A stretch of DNA of 64,000 nt from Candidatus Kaiserbacteria bacterium (lineage in GTDB: Bacteria > Patescibacteriota > Minisyncoccia > Phycocordibacterales > UBA2100). Of this stretch, positions 19,023 to 28,256 are shown piece after piece. The position numbers and the translations under genes were made by a program. The DNA lies in contig JACRFI010000007.1 of assembly GCA_016217965.1 (NCBI GenBank), positions 37,815-101,814 on the forward strand, written 5' to 3'. The notes beneath the pieces were generated by a model, which saw nothing but the letters and a program-made list of their open reading frames with translations, did not search any database and was not told where the DNA came from. Each line of letters begins with the position of its first letter. Within the stretch, counting starts at the first letter, position 1.

Positions 19023-20024
19023 TTATTTTGCTTCTACAAAACCGCCGATGGTCGCGATATCTGCCTTGAGTGATGGATGCGATTGGTAATTCTCGAGCAT
19101 AATGTCGTCCTTCGTAAACTTATTTATATCAGATATTTTTGGGTTCAGGCGAACTGTTGGAAAAGGGAATGGTTCGCGCTTTATCTGCTCTTTCACTTGG
19201 TCGAAATGGTTTGAATATATGTGTACGTCTCCGAATGTGTGGACGAATTCGCCGGGGGGAATACCGGTAACTTGTGATACCAAAAGTAGCAACAAGGAGT
19301 AACTTGCGATATTGAATGGGACACCAAGAAAAAGGTCTGCGGAGCGTTGATAGAGCCCCAAATTGAGTTTGCCATTTGCTACCTGGAATTGGAACATGGT
19401 GTGGCAAAACGGCGGCACGTGCGATTTCTGCCCCTCGGAAGCCATTTCGTAAATGAAATCGGGATTCCATGCGCTCACGACGTACGATTTTCTGTCGGGC
19501 TTGGTTTTGAGCCCCTGTATCACCCATCCAAGCTGATCAATCTCCCGTCCGTCTTTTGCAGGCCAGCGCCGCCACATCCTTCCGTATATCGTGATGAGGT
19601 CTGCCCACTTCACGACGAACGGGTCATCCGGCGGTAATTCGGTAAGTTTTTTGATGAACTCTTCTTGTGTCGTAATTTTCTTCTCCTTGTCCCACATCTG
19701 GTAGTGCTTCCACGCCCATTCGTCCCAAATGTGTATGTTCTCAGTAAGAAGCGGTTTTATATTCGAACTGCCGGAAAGGAACCACAAAAGTTCGACAACG
19801 ATGCCTCGCCAGAAAGTCTTTTTTGTTGTGAGAAGTGGGAAGTCGCTACTGACGTCGAAACGCATTTGCCGCCCGAAAACTGACCGAATAAAAGGCGGTT
19901 TTTCACCCTTTTCAGCGTACTCTTTCAGAACGACGTCGTTGAAAAAAAGTTCTTTGTCGGCGCCGTTCTCGAGGATGTCTTTGCAGAGGTCGAGGTATTG
20001 AAATTCCGGGTGATTTTTTTTCAT
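19023..20024 (-). CDS. thyA: Thymidylate synthase (ThyA-type, long form)
   Basis: 'SAWNPDFIYEMASEGQKSHVPPFCHTMFQF', 'LGVPFNIASYSLL', 'GDVHIYSNH'. Confidence 0.88.
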   Translation of the reverse strand: MKKNHPEFQYLDLCKDILENGADKELFFNDVVLKEYAEKGEKPPFIRSVFGRQMRFDVSSDFPLLTTKKTFWRGIVVELLWFLSGSSNIKPLLTENIHIWDEWAWKHYQMWDKEKKITTQEEFIKKLTELPPDDPFVVKWADLITIYGRMWRRWPAKDGREIDQLGWVIQGLKTKPDRKSYVVSAWNPDFIYEMASEGQKSHVPPFCHTMFQFQVANGKLNLGLYQRSADLFLGVPFNIASYSLLLLLVSQVTGIPPGEFVHTFGDVHIYSNHFDQVKEQIKREPFPFPTVRLNPKISDINKFTKDDIMLENYQSHPSLKADIATIGGFVEAK

Positions 20025-20878
20025 ATCCTATGTAATGCTCGTATCAGCCGCGGGTCAATGCTCTTATTTTCAACGAGCTCCGCTAATATTTGTTCAGTAT
20101 CAAGTCCTCTCAGTTCTCGAGCTGCTGCCGCAAGCCTCGTAGGACTATCGCTCCCTGTTCTTCCTTTAGCAGCTGCTAGAAGCTGCGGGCTTATCGTGAT
20201 GAGTTGTCGAAGACCATTCGGGTTGCTGCTGCGAATTGCGAAAAGTAACCGTCTCCATTTGTAACCCAATAATGGAGGGAATTTCTCCAATTCGGACACG
20301 GCCTTATCCTTTTGTCCATGAATTAGGTATAGCAACCTTATCTTACGGTCGATGTTTTCGAACGCGTATCCGAGAATCGCAGGCGATGACGTGATCAGTT
20401 TGTGCGGGTCCTTGAAGCCTCGTTCCTCAAGACCTTTTATCTTTGCATCGATGTTTTCGAACGCCAGACCGAGAATCGCAGGCAATGACGTGATCAGTTT
20501 GTGCGGGTCCTTGAAGCCTCGTTCCTCAAGACCTTTTATCTTTGCATCGATGTTTTCGAACGCGTATCCGAGAATCGCAGGCAATGACGTGATCAGTTTG
20601 TGCGGGTCCTTGAAGCCTCGTTCCTCAAGACCTTTTATCTTTGCATCGATGTTTTCGAACGCGTATCCGAGAATCGCAGGCGATGACGTGATCAGTTTGT
20701 GCGGGTCCTTGAAGCCTCGTTCCTCAAGACCTTTTATCTTTGCTCTCGGATTTTCATAAAGTGAAGGACGCTCTTGAGTAACTTTATCTATCCATTCGCG
20801 TGAAAACCCCTCTTGCAAAAGCTGGTCGTATCTTTGTTGTTTGTAGTTATTTGTACCTTCCAATGGATCTTTTGCCAT
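20021..20878 (-). CDS. mTERF-like repeat protein (six or more ~34-aa repeats 'IDAKIKGLEERGFKDPHKLITSLPAILGYAFEN')
   Basis: Repeat matches the mTERF motif pattern (LxxLGF...I...P.ILGY); four central repeats are near-identical at DNA level; stop overlaps thyA start (ATGA). Confidence 0.6.
   Translation of the reverse strand: MAKDPLEGTNNYKQQRYDQLLQEGFSREWIDKVTQERPSLYENPRAKIKGLEERGFKDPHKLITSSPAILGYAFENIDAKIKGLEERGFKDPHKLITSLPAILGYAFENIDAKIKGLEERGFKDPHKLITSLPAILGLAFENIDAKIKGLEERGFKDPHKLITSSPAILGYAFENIDRKIRLLYLIHGQKDKAVSELEKFPPLLGYKWRRLLFAIRSSNPNGLRQLITISPQLLAAAKGRTGSDSPTRLAAAARELRGLDTEQILAELVENKSIDPRLIRALHRI
20347..20754. repeat. Four near-identical 102-bp tandem direct repeats inside the mTERF-like gene
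   Basis: Units differ by 2-4 nt only (e.g. gcgtatcc vs gccagacc; gcaggcGatgac vs gcaggcAatgac). Confidence 0.9.
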
Positions 20879-20887
20879 GTCCCCATT

Positions 20888-21442
20888 CTACTGCCTCTTT
20901 CCTTTCTTGGCTTGTGCAAAATGGTTCCAATTATCCTTCGCGAACCGCCCTGTTTTCTTGTAGCTCTGGCTCGGTGGAGAGGTCATCATGGAGAATGTTA
21001 TCTGGGCTATTTCCATGCCGGGGCGCAGGATGATAGGAACGTTGTTTTGGTTGGTGAGTTCGAGCGTAATGTTCAAGAAGTGTCCCGGATTTATGATGCC
21101 GGCGGTGTTATGCACCATCAGCCCGACGCGGGCAAGGGAAGACTTGCCGCCAATTTGCGTCAAGAAGTGGTCTGAGCCGAAGTATTCCTTGGACGTTCCC
21201 AGGACCGAGATGCCAGGGTGGAGAATAAATTCTTCGCCGTCTTTCACTATCGTCTCTCGCGTTTTTGCATATATCTTTTTGACCGGGTCAATGAGGGGCG
21301 TCTCGCTTTCGATATTCGCGATGAACTTATTGCCGAGCCGGATGTCGTAGCTCGCGGGCTGGAGCCTCGATTCGTCGAACGGCTTGAGGACGATCGTGCC
21401 TTGTTTGACCCCCTTTTTGATATCGATGTCTGAAAGAAACAT
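20888..21442 (-). CDS. dcd: dCTP deaminase
   Basis: dUTPase-fold motifs 'ASYDIRLG', 'GLMVHNTAGIINPGH', 'ILRPGMEIAQI'. Confidence 0.85.
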   Translation of the reverse strand: MFLSDIDIKKGVKQGTIVLKPFDESRLQPASYDIRLGNKFIANIESETPLIDPVKKIYAKTRETIVKDGEEFILHPGISVLGTSKEYFGSDHFLTQIGGKSSLARVGLMVHNTAGIINPGHFLNITLELTNQNNVPIILRPGMEIAQITFSMMTSPPSQSYKKTGRFAKDNWNHFAQAKKGKRQ

Positions 21443-21462
21443 AGGTGATATGGCATCTTATC

Positions 21463-22182
21463 TTAACCGGTGTAGTTTGGGAATCCTTTCAACGCTTCCT
21501 TCACCTGCGAGGCGGGAAACGGTTTATTGAGACTGTCATCCTGTTTATGAGAACGGACAATCCACAACTGCCTCGCTTTGGTGTTGAATGCGACATTTGC
21601 AGAACGTGGGCCTTTTCTGATTTTTTGAACAGTGGGCCCCGAAAGCACTGGGGGATCAAATCCAAGTTCGTTTTGAATGATCTTTCCCATAGAGAGAATT
21701 GCACTCTCATATACCCCTTCCTGAGGTTCCCCGTCGTCGTCATAACTTCCCGCAAAGAGACCGGCGTCAACTGTGCCGGGCTTGACCTCACTCAAAAAAT
21801 CTCGGATTTTTTCTTCCAATTCTTCTTTATCTCTGGTGAAATTTGGTGAAAGAACATTGAAAGCCAAATGATGTCCAAGCAAGGAAATATTTTCTCCTTT
21901 GTCATTCTCTCCTATGAGTACAAATCCCACACAACAATAATAGTCATACGAGACTTTGGGCGATGAATCGATTTTCGAGAAATGCAACGATGCTGTGGTA
22001 TTCCATCGGACATTTTGCGCGGGTCTTGGGAAATGTTTGTAGCGGGAGAATTCCGGATTCCTTTCTAGGCTTTCATACGTTGGGCAGACCTTTATCATTT
22101 TTGCCGGGTCTTTTGTCCGCCATTCAGTCGATTCCATCGATTTCTGTCTTTCCGAGGCGGCTTCAAAATTCTTTGGCGCCAT
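21463..22182 (-). CDS. Hypothetical protein (239 aa)
   Basis: Intact ORF, no recognisable family. Confidence 0.4.
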   Translation of the reverse strand: MAPKNFEAASERQKSMESTEWRTKDPAKMIKVCPTYESLERNPEFSRYKHFPRPAQNVRWNTTASLHFSKIDSSPKVSYDYYCCVGFVLIGENDKGENISLLGHHLAFNVLSPNFTRDKEELEEKIRDFLSEVKPGTVDAGLFAGSYDDDGEPQEGVYESAILSMGKIIQNELGFDPPVLSGPTVQKIRKGPRSANVAFNTKARQLWIVRSHKQDDSLNKPFPASQVKEALKGFPNYTG

Positions 22183-22184
22183 AG

Positions 22185-22859
22185 CTATTCAATGACAAAT
22201 ATTTTCTCAGTCCCATAGTAATCCGGCCAGTGTTCGTTGTAATGTGCGAACATGCGGGCGAGGCGCTCTTGCTTTAATTCTGAGACGCCGAGTTCTTGCA
22301 TGAGGTTGCGGATCTCGTGTTGGGCAAATGCCGCGTCCTTTTCATCTTCCACAATACGCTCAAATTCAGCAAGCCAGCCGTATCCTGCGTTTTTGTCCAA
22401 AGTGACATTGGTTCCTTTGCAGAGGTACTCTTCGCGTTCTCTTGACCACTTTGCTTCGTATTCAAACCCGGCTGACAGAACCAATGTGTCGAGTTCTTCA
22501 AATGGCAGCGCCATCTTTTCTTCAAATTCTCTGCGCGAAATTCCATTTGCACTCGTGTCGTCTCCGATTGTTGCTTTAACGACGAGCAGCGCCACCCCAT
22601 CTTTATTTCGCGTTCGTACAGAAAACTCTGTCGCTTTATCTGCTAGGTCCTTAAGTTTTATTTTTGCATCATCCGAAAGATGAGGGGAAGTGATGCCAGA
22701 CAATTTTTGCAGTGTTCCGCTCTTAAAATAGTGATTTAGTTGCGTATTTTTTGACTGCAGTCGGCAATTCGGATCAGCTTCCTGCATTGCCTTTCTCACC
22801 TCATCCGCTCTTTCCAAACTTCCAAGAAGCGACTTTATCTCGACTTCGATATTGTGCAT
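22185..22859 (-). CDS. CYTH-domain protein (triphosphate tunnel metalloenzyme / class-IV adenylate cyclase-like)
   Basis: Starts 'NIEVEIKSLL' (ExExK), has 'FSVRTR' and C-terminal 'GYGWLAEFE' acidic patch in CYTH order. Confidence 0.5.
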   Translation of the reverse strand: MHNIEVEIKSLLGSLERADEVRKAMQEADPNCRLQSKNTQLNHYFKSGTLQKLSGITSPHLSDDAKIKLKDLADKATEFSVRTRNKDGVALLVVKATIGDDTSANGISRREFEEKMALPFEELDTLVLSAGFEYEAKWSREREEYLCKGTNVTLDKNAGYGWLAEFERIVEDEKDAAFAQHEIRNLMQELGVSELKQERLARMFAHYNEHWPDYYGTEKIFVIE

Positions 22860-22874
22860 CTCGCGATTATATCC

Positions 22875-23405
22875 TCAATAGGACACTTTGTATCGTAGAA
22901 GCTGAGTACCGCCAGCATTCAGCTGCTTCGAGCTCGAGAGTTTCAAGCGACATTGGGACAGGTTGCCGTCCAGGATCGGGAATCCCGCGCCGAACAATTT
23001 CGGCTCGATGGTGATATGGATTTCATTGACGAGCTTCAGTTTGAGGAACGCAGCGGAGAGCTTGGGGCCGCCAGCGAGAAGTGCTCGGCGGTAGCCGCCC
23101 TTCTCAAGTGCGCGGATCAATTTTAAAGGGGAAAGCGATGTGAACTCGAGCCTGCCTTTTACTTCATCCTTTTTCAATTTCCCTGGCTGTGTGGTCATCA
23201 CGATGCGCCGAATATTCGGCGTAAGTTTCAATTGCTTGCGATGTGCGAGGTATGTATTGCGACCCACGATGACGACGCCGTTCTCTTTGATGAGCTTTTG
23301 GAACTGTTCCTGGTCTTCTCTGGAAGCCCAGAGGCGGGGCTGCTCGCCTTTAGGGCCAGTAATTCTCCCGTCAGCGGAAGCGACGACGGCGAGGGTGATT
23401 TTCAT
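22875..23405 (-). CDS. Dihydrofolate-reductase-family protein (RibD C-terminal domain type)
   Basis: 'KITLAVVASADGRITG...LWASREDQEQF...GVVIVGRNTY...RALLAGGPKLSAAFL' pattern of the RibD_C/DHFR-like family. Confidence 0.65.
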   Translation of the reverse strand: MKITLAVVASADGRITGPKGEQPRLWASREDQEQFQKLIKENGVVIVGRNTYLAHRKQLKLTPNIRRIVMTTQPGKLKKDEVKGRLEFTSLSPLKLIRALEKGGYRRALLAGGPKLSAAFLKLKLVNEIHITIEPKLFGAGFPILDGNLSQCRLKLSSSKQLNAGGTQLLRYKVSY

Positions 23406-23409
23406 GTCT

Positions 23410-24051
23410 TTATTCTACATCCCGCTTGAGCCACTTTACGCCAAGGTAGACAAGAGGCGTAACGAGGCCCGACATCACGTTCTTCAGCATCCAATAAGGA
23501 AGAATGATGCTCCATAAGAATGCGGCATTTGCGCCGAATCCTGTGTCGAATGAATAGAACGCAAGGACGATAAAGACAACCGTGTCCACGAACTGGGCAA
23601 GGATGTTCGACACGTTATTCCTGAGCCACAATTTCGATGCGCCGAGTGCTTGGCGGATGCGCGCGAAAAGGTACACGTCAAAAAATTGGGAGATTGCAAA
23701 TGCAGCGAGGGATGCAATCGACATTCGGATTGAGAACGTGAATATGGTGTCGTACGCAGCTTCCGAACTTGCGAATCGACTGGATGGTGGAAGCGCAGTC
23801 GTAAGAAGTGCGTAGAGGAGCAGCAAAACAATCACGAAGAGACCAGAGCGCACCACACTCCGCGCTCGTTCCTTGCCGTACACTTCCGTAATGATGTCAT
23901 TGATGGAAAAGATGAGGGGGACTGTGAAGATGGCAACCGATGCATTCAAACGGAAGGGCCATTCAAGAAGGGGAAACGTCTTTGCGCCCATCAATTCCGC
24001 TGCTGCGATGCAAAAAACATAGACAGCAATAAGGAGATCCATTCGGCGCAT
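23410..24051 (-). CDS. Queuosine-precursor transporter family membrane protein (YhhQ/DUF165-like)
   Basis: Polytopic; 'IFTVPLIFSINDIITEVYGKERA' matches the YhhQ 'Y..TF...D...EVYG' signature; start taken at MRRMDLL. Confidence 0.55.
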   Translation of the reverse strand: MRRMDLLIAVYVFCIAAAELMGAKTFPLLEWPFRLNASVAIFTVPLIFSINDIITEVYGKERARSVVRSGLFVIVLLLLYALLTTALPPSSRFASSEAAYDTIFTFSIRMSIASLAAFAISQFFDVYLFARIRQALGASKLWLRNNVSNILAQFVDTVVFIVLAFYSFDTGFGANAAFLWSIILPYWMLKNVMSGLVTPLVYLGVKWLKRDVE

Positions 24052-24117
24052 GCCGAAATATGATACCGATCCTGCATTTGGCATGTCGCGAGTATAGCGT
24101 GAGCGAGCGGGACTGCA

Positions 24118-24187
24118 ACCCGGTAGTGAATTTTGGCGAGAGGGGTTTCTCACGCTTTCAGCGCATCGCCAAAATCTACTACCGGGT
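24118..24187. mobile_element. MITE-like element, family C copy 1 (short form, ~70 bp) with ~21-bp TIRs cccggtagtgaattttggcga / tcgccaaaatctactaccggg
   Basis: Same TIRs bound a ~135-bp element at 48665..48800 and a degenerate copy at 45031..45167. Confidence 0.7.
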
Positions 24188-24206
24188 GCAATGGTATCCT
24201 GGTGCT

Positions 24207-24800
24207 ATGGAAGAAGCTGAGCGATGCGCGATGCACAACCAAAAGCAGCCGTGTGCCATTTGTCGCGCAAACCAAAAGATAGGTCCGCAGCGAAAATCCC
24301 ATACGGTTGTCGCGGTGGTTGCTATCGGGAAGAATCGCGAGCTTGGCGAGGGGGACCGCCTCTTGTGGCACATCCCGGATGATTTAAAGCGATTCAAGCG
24401 CCTTACGCTTGGGCATCCAATTGTCATGGGCCGCAAAACGTTCGAGTCCATTGTGAAAATTCTCGGCAAGCCTCTGCCAGAGCGAACGAACATCGTCGTC
24501 ACGCGTGACTCGAATTGGAAATATGAAGGCATTCTTGCCGCCTCTTCAATCGAGGATGCAATTGAATTGGCGAAGCAGCAGCCGGGCTCGGAGGAAATTC
24601 ACATCGGTGGCGGGGCGCAGATATACGAACAGGCACTGCCTTTTATCGACAAACTCTACCTTACGTTGATAGACGATACGAAGGATGCGGATGCGTTTTT
24701 TCCTCCTTATGAACATCTCTTTACGAAAAAGACTTTTGAAGAGGCAAGAGAGTCGAATGGATTAAAATACCGATGGGTAGACCTTTGCAGGAAACTCTAG
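24207..24800 (+). CDS. folA: Dihydrofolate reductase
   Basis: 'VVAVVAIGKNRELGEGDRLLWHIPDDLKRFKRLTLGHPIVMGRKTFESI'; ORF extension upstream crosses the MITE, so an internal Met is used. Confidence 0.8.
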   Translation: MEEAERCAMHNQKQPCAICRANQKIGPQRKSHTVVAVVAIGKNRELGEGDRLLWHIPDDLKRFKRLTLGHPIVMGRKTFESIVKILGKPLPERTNIVVTRDSNWKYEGILAASSIEDAIELAKQQPGSEEIHIGGGAQIYEQALPFIDKLYLTLIDDTKDADAFFPPYEHLFTKKTFEEARESNGLKYRWVDLCRKL

Positions 24801-25144
24801 TTTTGAGTTTGAAGTTGATACAGGACACTCGCCGTCTCTGACCGTAGCGTCACGTAATCTGCCTCAAATTTCTTGGCAGCTTTGCTGGTCTCATCCGGGG
24901 CAAGTTGTTTAAGCTCCCCATACGCATCAGTCCACAGCGAAAGTATCGCCGAGAATGCCTGGTGTGTAGTCTTGGGCCGGGTGTTTTGTGCGGCTGCCTC
25001 TCTCACTTCAGCAACCATCACTTCAAGCCGCGATTTCATACTTTGATATTGTTTTTGCGCTGAGCGAAAATGCTCTGCCCAGTCCTCGTCTTTTGGGAGA
25101 TACCCCATTCGCGACTGAGTGTCGGGCGACAATTTTTTGATCAA
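24797..25144 (-). CDS. Hypothetical protein (115 aa), alpha-helical
   Basis: Intact ORF between folA and purL; no family recognised. Confidence 0.35.
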   Translation of the reverse strand: MIKKLSPDTQSRMGYLPKDEDWAEHFRSAQKQYQSMKSRLEVMVAEVREAAAQNTRPKTTHQAFSAILSLWTDAYGELKQLAPDETSKAAKKFEADYVTLRSETASVLYQLQTQN

Positions 25145-25237
25145 GTTTGGGTCCGGAAGTCAGCGTGGGTCGTCTGAAAGTCCATCCATGTTTGAATGAT
25201 ACCATTCACTTGAAAGTACCCCCAAAACGATGTATTC

Positions 25238-28200
25238 TTGGTCATGACACATCGGATAACGGTTCGAGCCAAAGGAAGGGATGCCAGGGCCGAACAGTAC
25301 CTCCGAACTCTCAAAAACAGGTTTCCGAAGGTAAAACTTCGTGATGTCGCTGTCACCGAAAGCTATACGATTGACGCGAAACTCTTGTCGAAAGAATTGG
25401 AGACTCTCTCGGAAAAATTGGCGAATCCAATAATCGAGGAACACTCAACGGGAGCCGTATTGGCTCCCAAATCATTTTCTGCAGCGATAGAAATAGGATT
25501 CCTTCCTGGTGTTACAGACAATGTCGGGCACACGGTACAGGAAATGATAGAAGATGCCGGGCGTGAACTGAAGGAGGGCGAGGCTGTGTACACGTCTCGT
25601 TTCCTTTTTCTCGACGGCTCTCTTTCGGAAGCAGAAGCGAGTGAAATGGCGAAGGAATTTTATAACCCGCTTATTCAACGTGCGTCTGTTATTTCCGCGC
25701 CGCAATTCAAGAAAGGAGTTCCTGTGGTTGTTCCGAAGGTCACGCTTCACGAGCGCATCGCAGCGGACGAAGTGAATCTGGAAGTAACAGACGAAGAGCT
25801 TCAGCGCATAGGAAAACAGGGCATCGAAAACCCCGATGGAACAAGGAGAGGGCCACTCGCGCTTTCGCTTCGCGCGATGCACATCATTCGAGACCACTTT
25901 CGGGCACTTGGTAGAAAACCGACGGACGTGGAACTCGAAGCGCTGGGGCAGACGTGGTCGGAACATTGCAAGCACACGATATTTGCGGACCCGCTCGATG
26001 AAATAGACGAAGGAATCTTTAAGCGATTCATCAGGGGCGCAACGCAGCACATCCGCGCGAAGAAGGGAAACAAGGATTTTTGCGTCTCCGTATTTACAGA
26101 TAATTCCGGCGGCATTGCGTTCGACGACGAGTATCTCGTCACTCACAAAGTCGAGACGCACAATTCTCCGTCGGCTCTTGATCCGTTTGGAGGTTCCATT
26201 ACGGCTATAGTCGGTGTAAACCGAGACTGCCTCGGGTTCGGGCTTGGCGCAAAACCTATCGCGAACGTCTATGGATTCTGCGTTGGGGACCCCAAGGACA
26301 TGACTGTGTATTTTAGAGATGCAGATAAAACACGACAAGTTCTTCCAGCACGAAGGATTTTGGAGGGAGTCGTGGCGGGAATTAATGCAGGTGGTAATCA
26401 AAGTGGTATACCGACTCCGCTCGGATTTGTCGCGACCGATCCGAGCTTCGACGCAAAACCTTTAGTGTTCGCGGGGACCGTTGGCCTTATCCCTAGGAAA
26501 TTGCGCGGAAAAAAGATGCATGAGAAAAAAGCACGGCCTGGAGATTATGTGGTGATGGTAGGCGGGAGTGTTGGTCTCGATGGCGTGCATGGCGCAACCT
26601 TCTCTTCCGAAGGACTCTCGAAAGATTCGCCTGCGACTGCCGTACAGATAGGCGACCCCATCACACAGAAGAAATTTTCTGATGCAATTGTAAGAGAGGT
26701 CCGCGAGAAAGGGCTTTTTAATAGCATCACCGATAATGGCGCAGGAGGGCTTTCTTCCTCTGTCGGGGAAATGGCAAAAGATTCTGGCGGATTTGTTGTC
26801 GATCTGGAGAAAGTGCCGCTTAAGTATCCCGGGCTTTCTCCGTGGCAGATATGGATATCGGAATCGCAGGAGCGCATGACCTTGGCAGTCCCGAAGTCGA
26901 AATGGAACGCTTTGAAAAAGATATTCGACCGTCACGGTGTTGCCTCGTGGTGCATCGGCGAATTTACCAAGTCCGGCAAAGCAGTTGTTCGTTGGGAGGG
27001 GAAGAATGTCATGGACTTGAGCATGGATTTTCTGCACGACGGGCGCCCCGTTGAAGAGCAGAAAAGCCAAACCATTTCCAAAGGTTTTCCCGAACCGATG
27101 CCCGAAGAGCGGCCGAGGGACCTCGCCCAAGCACTGATGGAAATGATGTCTCGGCCATCGATAGGAAGCATCTCGTTCATTTCGCAGCAATACGATCACG
27201 AGGTCCTCGCGATGGCGGTTACTAAGCCGCTGCAGGGTCGTGGGCGTGTAAATGCCGACTCTGGTGTCATTCAACCTCTTCCGCATTCGAATCGCGGTGT
27301 CGTTCTTGCCCATGGATACGCTCCGTGGTACTCAAATATCGATACGTATGCGATGGCAGCAGCCTCGATTGATACTGCCGTTCGGAACGCTGTAGCAACG
27401 GGGGCATCGCTCGGCCATCTCGCGATTCTCGACAACTTCTGCTGGTCTGATTCTTATAATCCAACGCGGTTGTATGAATTAAAGCGTGCAGCGCAGGCAT
27501 GCTATGACGTTGCCGTGGCGTATGGCACGCCATTTATTTCCGGGAAAGATTCTATGTTTAATGATTTCCGAGGATTTACGGAGAGCGGCGAGCCGATTCA
27601 CATCGCCGCGCTCCCAACGATTCTTATCTCTGCCATTGGCGTTATTCCTGATGTACGTAAGGCGGTGACGCTCGATCTCAAACAACCTGGCGATCTCGTA
27701 TACCTCATTGGAGAAACGCACGATGAGTTGGGCGCATCGGAATACTTCACGATGCTTTGGGAGGAAATCAGGAAAAAGGACAAAAAATATGGACACGGCG
27801 TGTCCATATATCAGACAATAGGGAATACGGTTCCGCAAGTAGATGCAGCGAGAAATTTGAAAGCATATCGGGCGCTTGAAAAAACGATACAGAAAGGTTT
27901 TATCGCATCCGCGATCTCTGTTGGGCGCGGCGGGCTTGGCGTTGCTCTTGCTAAAACCGCGATTGCGGGGAAATTAGGGATTACAGCTGACTTGAGAAAT
28001 TTGGATTTACGAAATCCAAATATCGAAAGAAGCGATGAGGTGGCGCTTTTTTCCGAAAGCCAGGGGCGAATCCTGGTGAGTGTGAACCAGAAACAGAAGC
28101 GAGCATTCGAGAAAACACTTAGAGGTGTCACCTCTAAGTTGATCGGGGAAGCCACGAAGAAAGAAGTGTTTGATCTTACGCTTCCACAAAATCGATTGAA

Positions 28201-28255
28201 TATCCCGCTTAAGTCGCTCGCGACTGCTTACCAGAAGCCGTTCAAAAATTGGTGA
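25238..28255 (+). CDS. purL: Phosphoribosylformylglycinamidine synthase, fused PurS-PurL (FGAM synthase II)
   Basis: N-terminal PurS-like ~80 aa (second PurS-like segment probable) followed by PurM-superfamily repeats of PurL ('GGSITAIVGVNRDCLGFGLGAKP', 'GKDSMFN', 'AISVGRGGLGVALAK'). Confidence 0.88.
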   Translation: MVMTHRITVRAKGRDARAEQYLRTLKNRFPKVKLRDVAVTESYTIDAKLLSKELETLSEKLANPIIEEHSTGAVLAPKSFSAAIEIGFLPGVTDNVGHTVQEMIEDAGRELKEGEAVYTSRFLFLDGSLSEAEASEMAKEFYNPLIQRASVISAPQFKKGVPVVVPKVTLHERIAADEVNLEVTDEELQRIGKQGIENPDGTRRGPLALSLRAMHIIRDHFRALGRKPTDVELEALGQTWSEHCKHTIFADPLDEIDEGIFKRFIRGATQHIRAKKGNKDFCVSVFTDNSGGIAFDDEYLVTHKVETHNSPSALDPFGGSITAIVGVNRDCLGFGLGAKPIANVYGFCVGDPKDMTVYFRDADKTRQVLPARRILEGVVAGINAGGNQSGIPTPLGFVATDPSFDAKPLVFAGTVGLIPRKLRGKKMHEKKARPGDYVVMVGGSVGLDGVHGATFSSEGLSKDSPATAVQIGDPITQKKFSDAIVREVREKGLFNSITDNGAGGLSSSVGEMAKDSGGFVVDLEKVPLKYPGLSPWQIWISESQERMTLAVPKSKWNALKKIFDRHGVASWCIGEFTKSGKAVVRWEGKNVMDLSMDFLHDGRPVEEQKSQTISKGFPEPMPEERPRDLAQALMEMMSRPSIGSISFISQQYDHEVLAMAVTKPLQGRGRVNADSGVIQPLPHSNRGVVLAHGYAPWYSNIDTYAMAAASIDTAVRNAVATGASLGHLAILDNFCWSDSYNPTRLYELKRAAQACYDVAVAYGTPFISGKDSMFNDFRGFTESGEPIHIAALPTILISAIGVIPDVRKAVTLDLKQPGDLVYLIGETHDELGASEYFTMLWEEIRKKDKKYGHGVSIYQTIGNTVPQVDAARNLKAYRALEKTIQKGFIASAISVGRGGLGVALAKTAIAGKLGITADLRNLDLRNPNIERSDEVALFSESQGRILVSVNQKQKRAFEKTLRGVTSKLIGEATKKEVFDLTLPQNRLNIPLKSLATAYQKPFKNW
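28118..28138. repeat. REP-like 21-bp perfect palindrome cttagaggtg-t-cacctctaag inside purL coding sequence (in frame, encodes R-G-V-T-S-K-L)
   Basis: Identical palindrome flanks the RAYT gene at 51688..51708 and 52391..52411. Confidence 0.8.
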
Positions 28256-28256
28256 T

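Noticed and set aside
20347-20754. Possible CRISPR array (regular direct repeats)
   Set aside because: Repeats are 102 bp, contiguous with no unique spacers, and lie in frame within a protein-coding gene
20352-20759. 135-aa plus-strand ORF with perfect internal repeats
   Set aside because: Mirror image of the 102-bp tandem repeats coding the mTERF-like protein on the minus strand; the minus-strand frame gives a coherent protein with start/stop coupling to thyA
24060-24206. Long N-terminal extension of the folA ORF
   Set aside because: Extension reads through the family-C MITE and the divergent promoter region; internal Met at 24207 gives a normal-length DHFR
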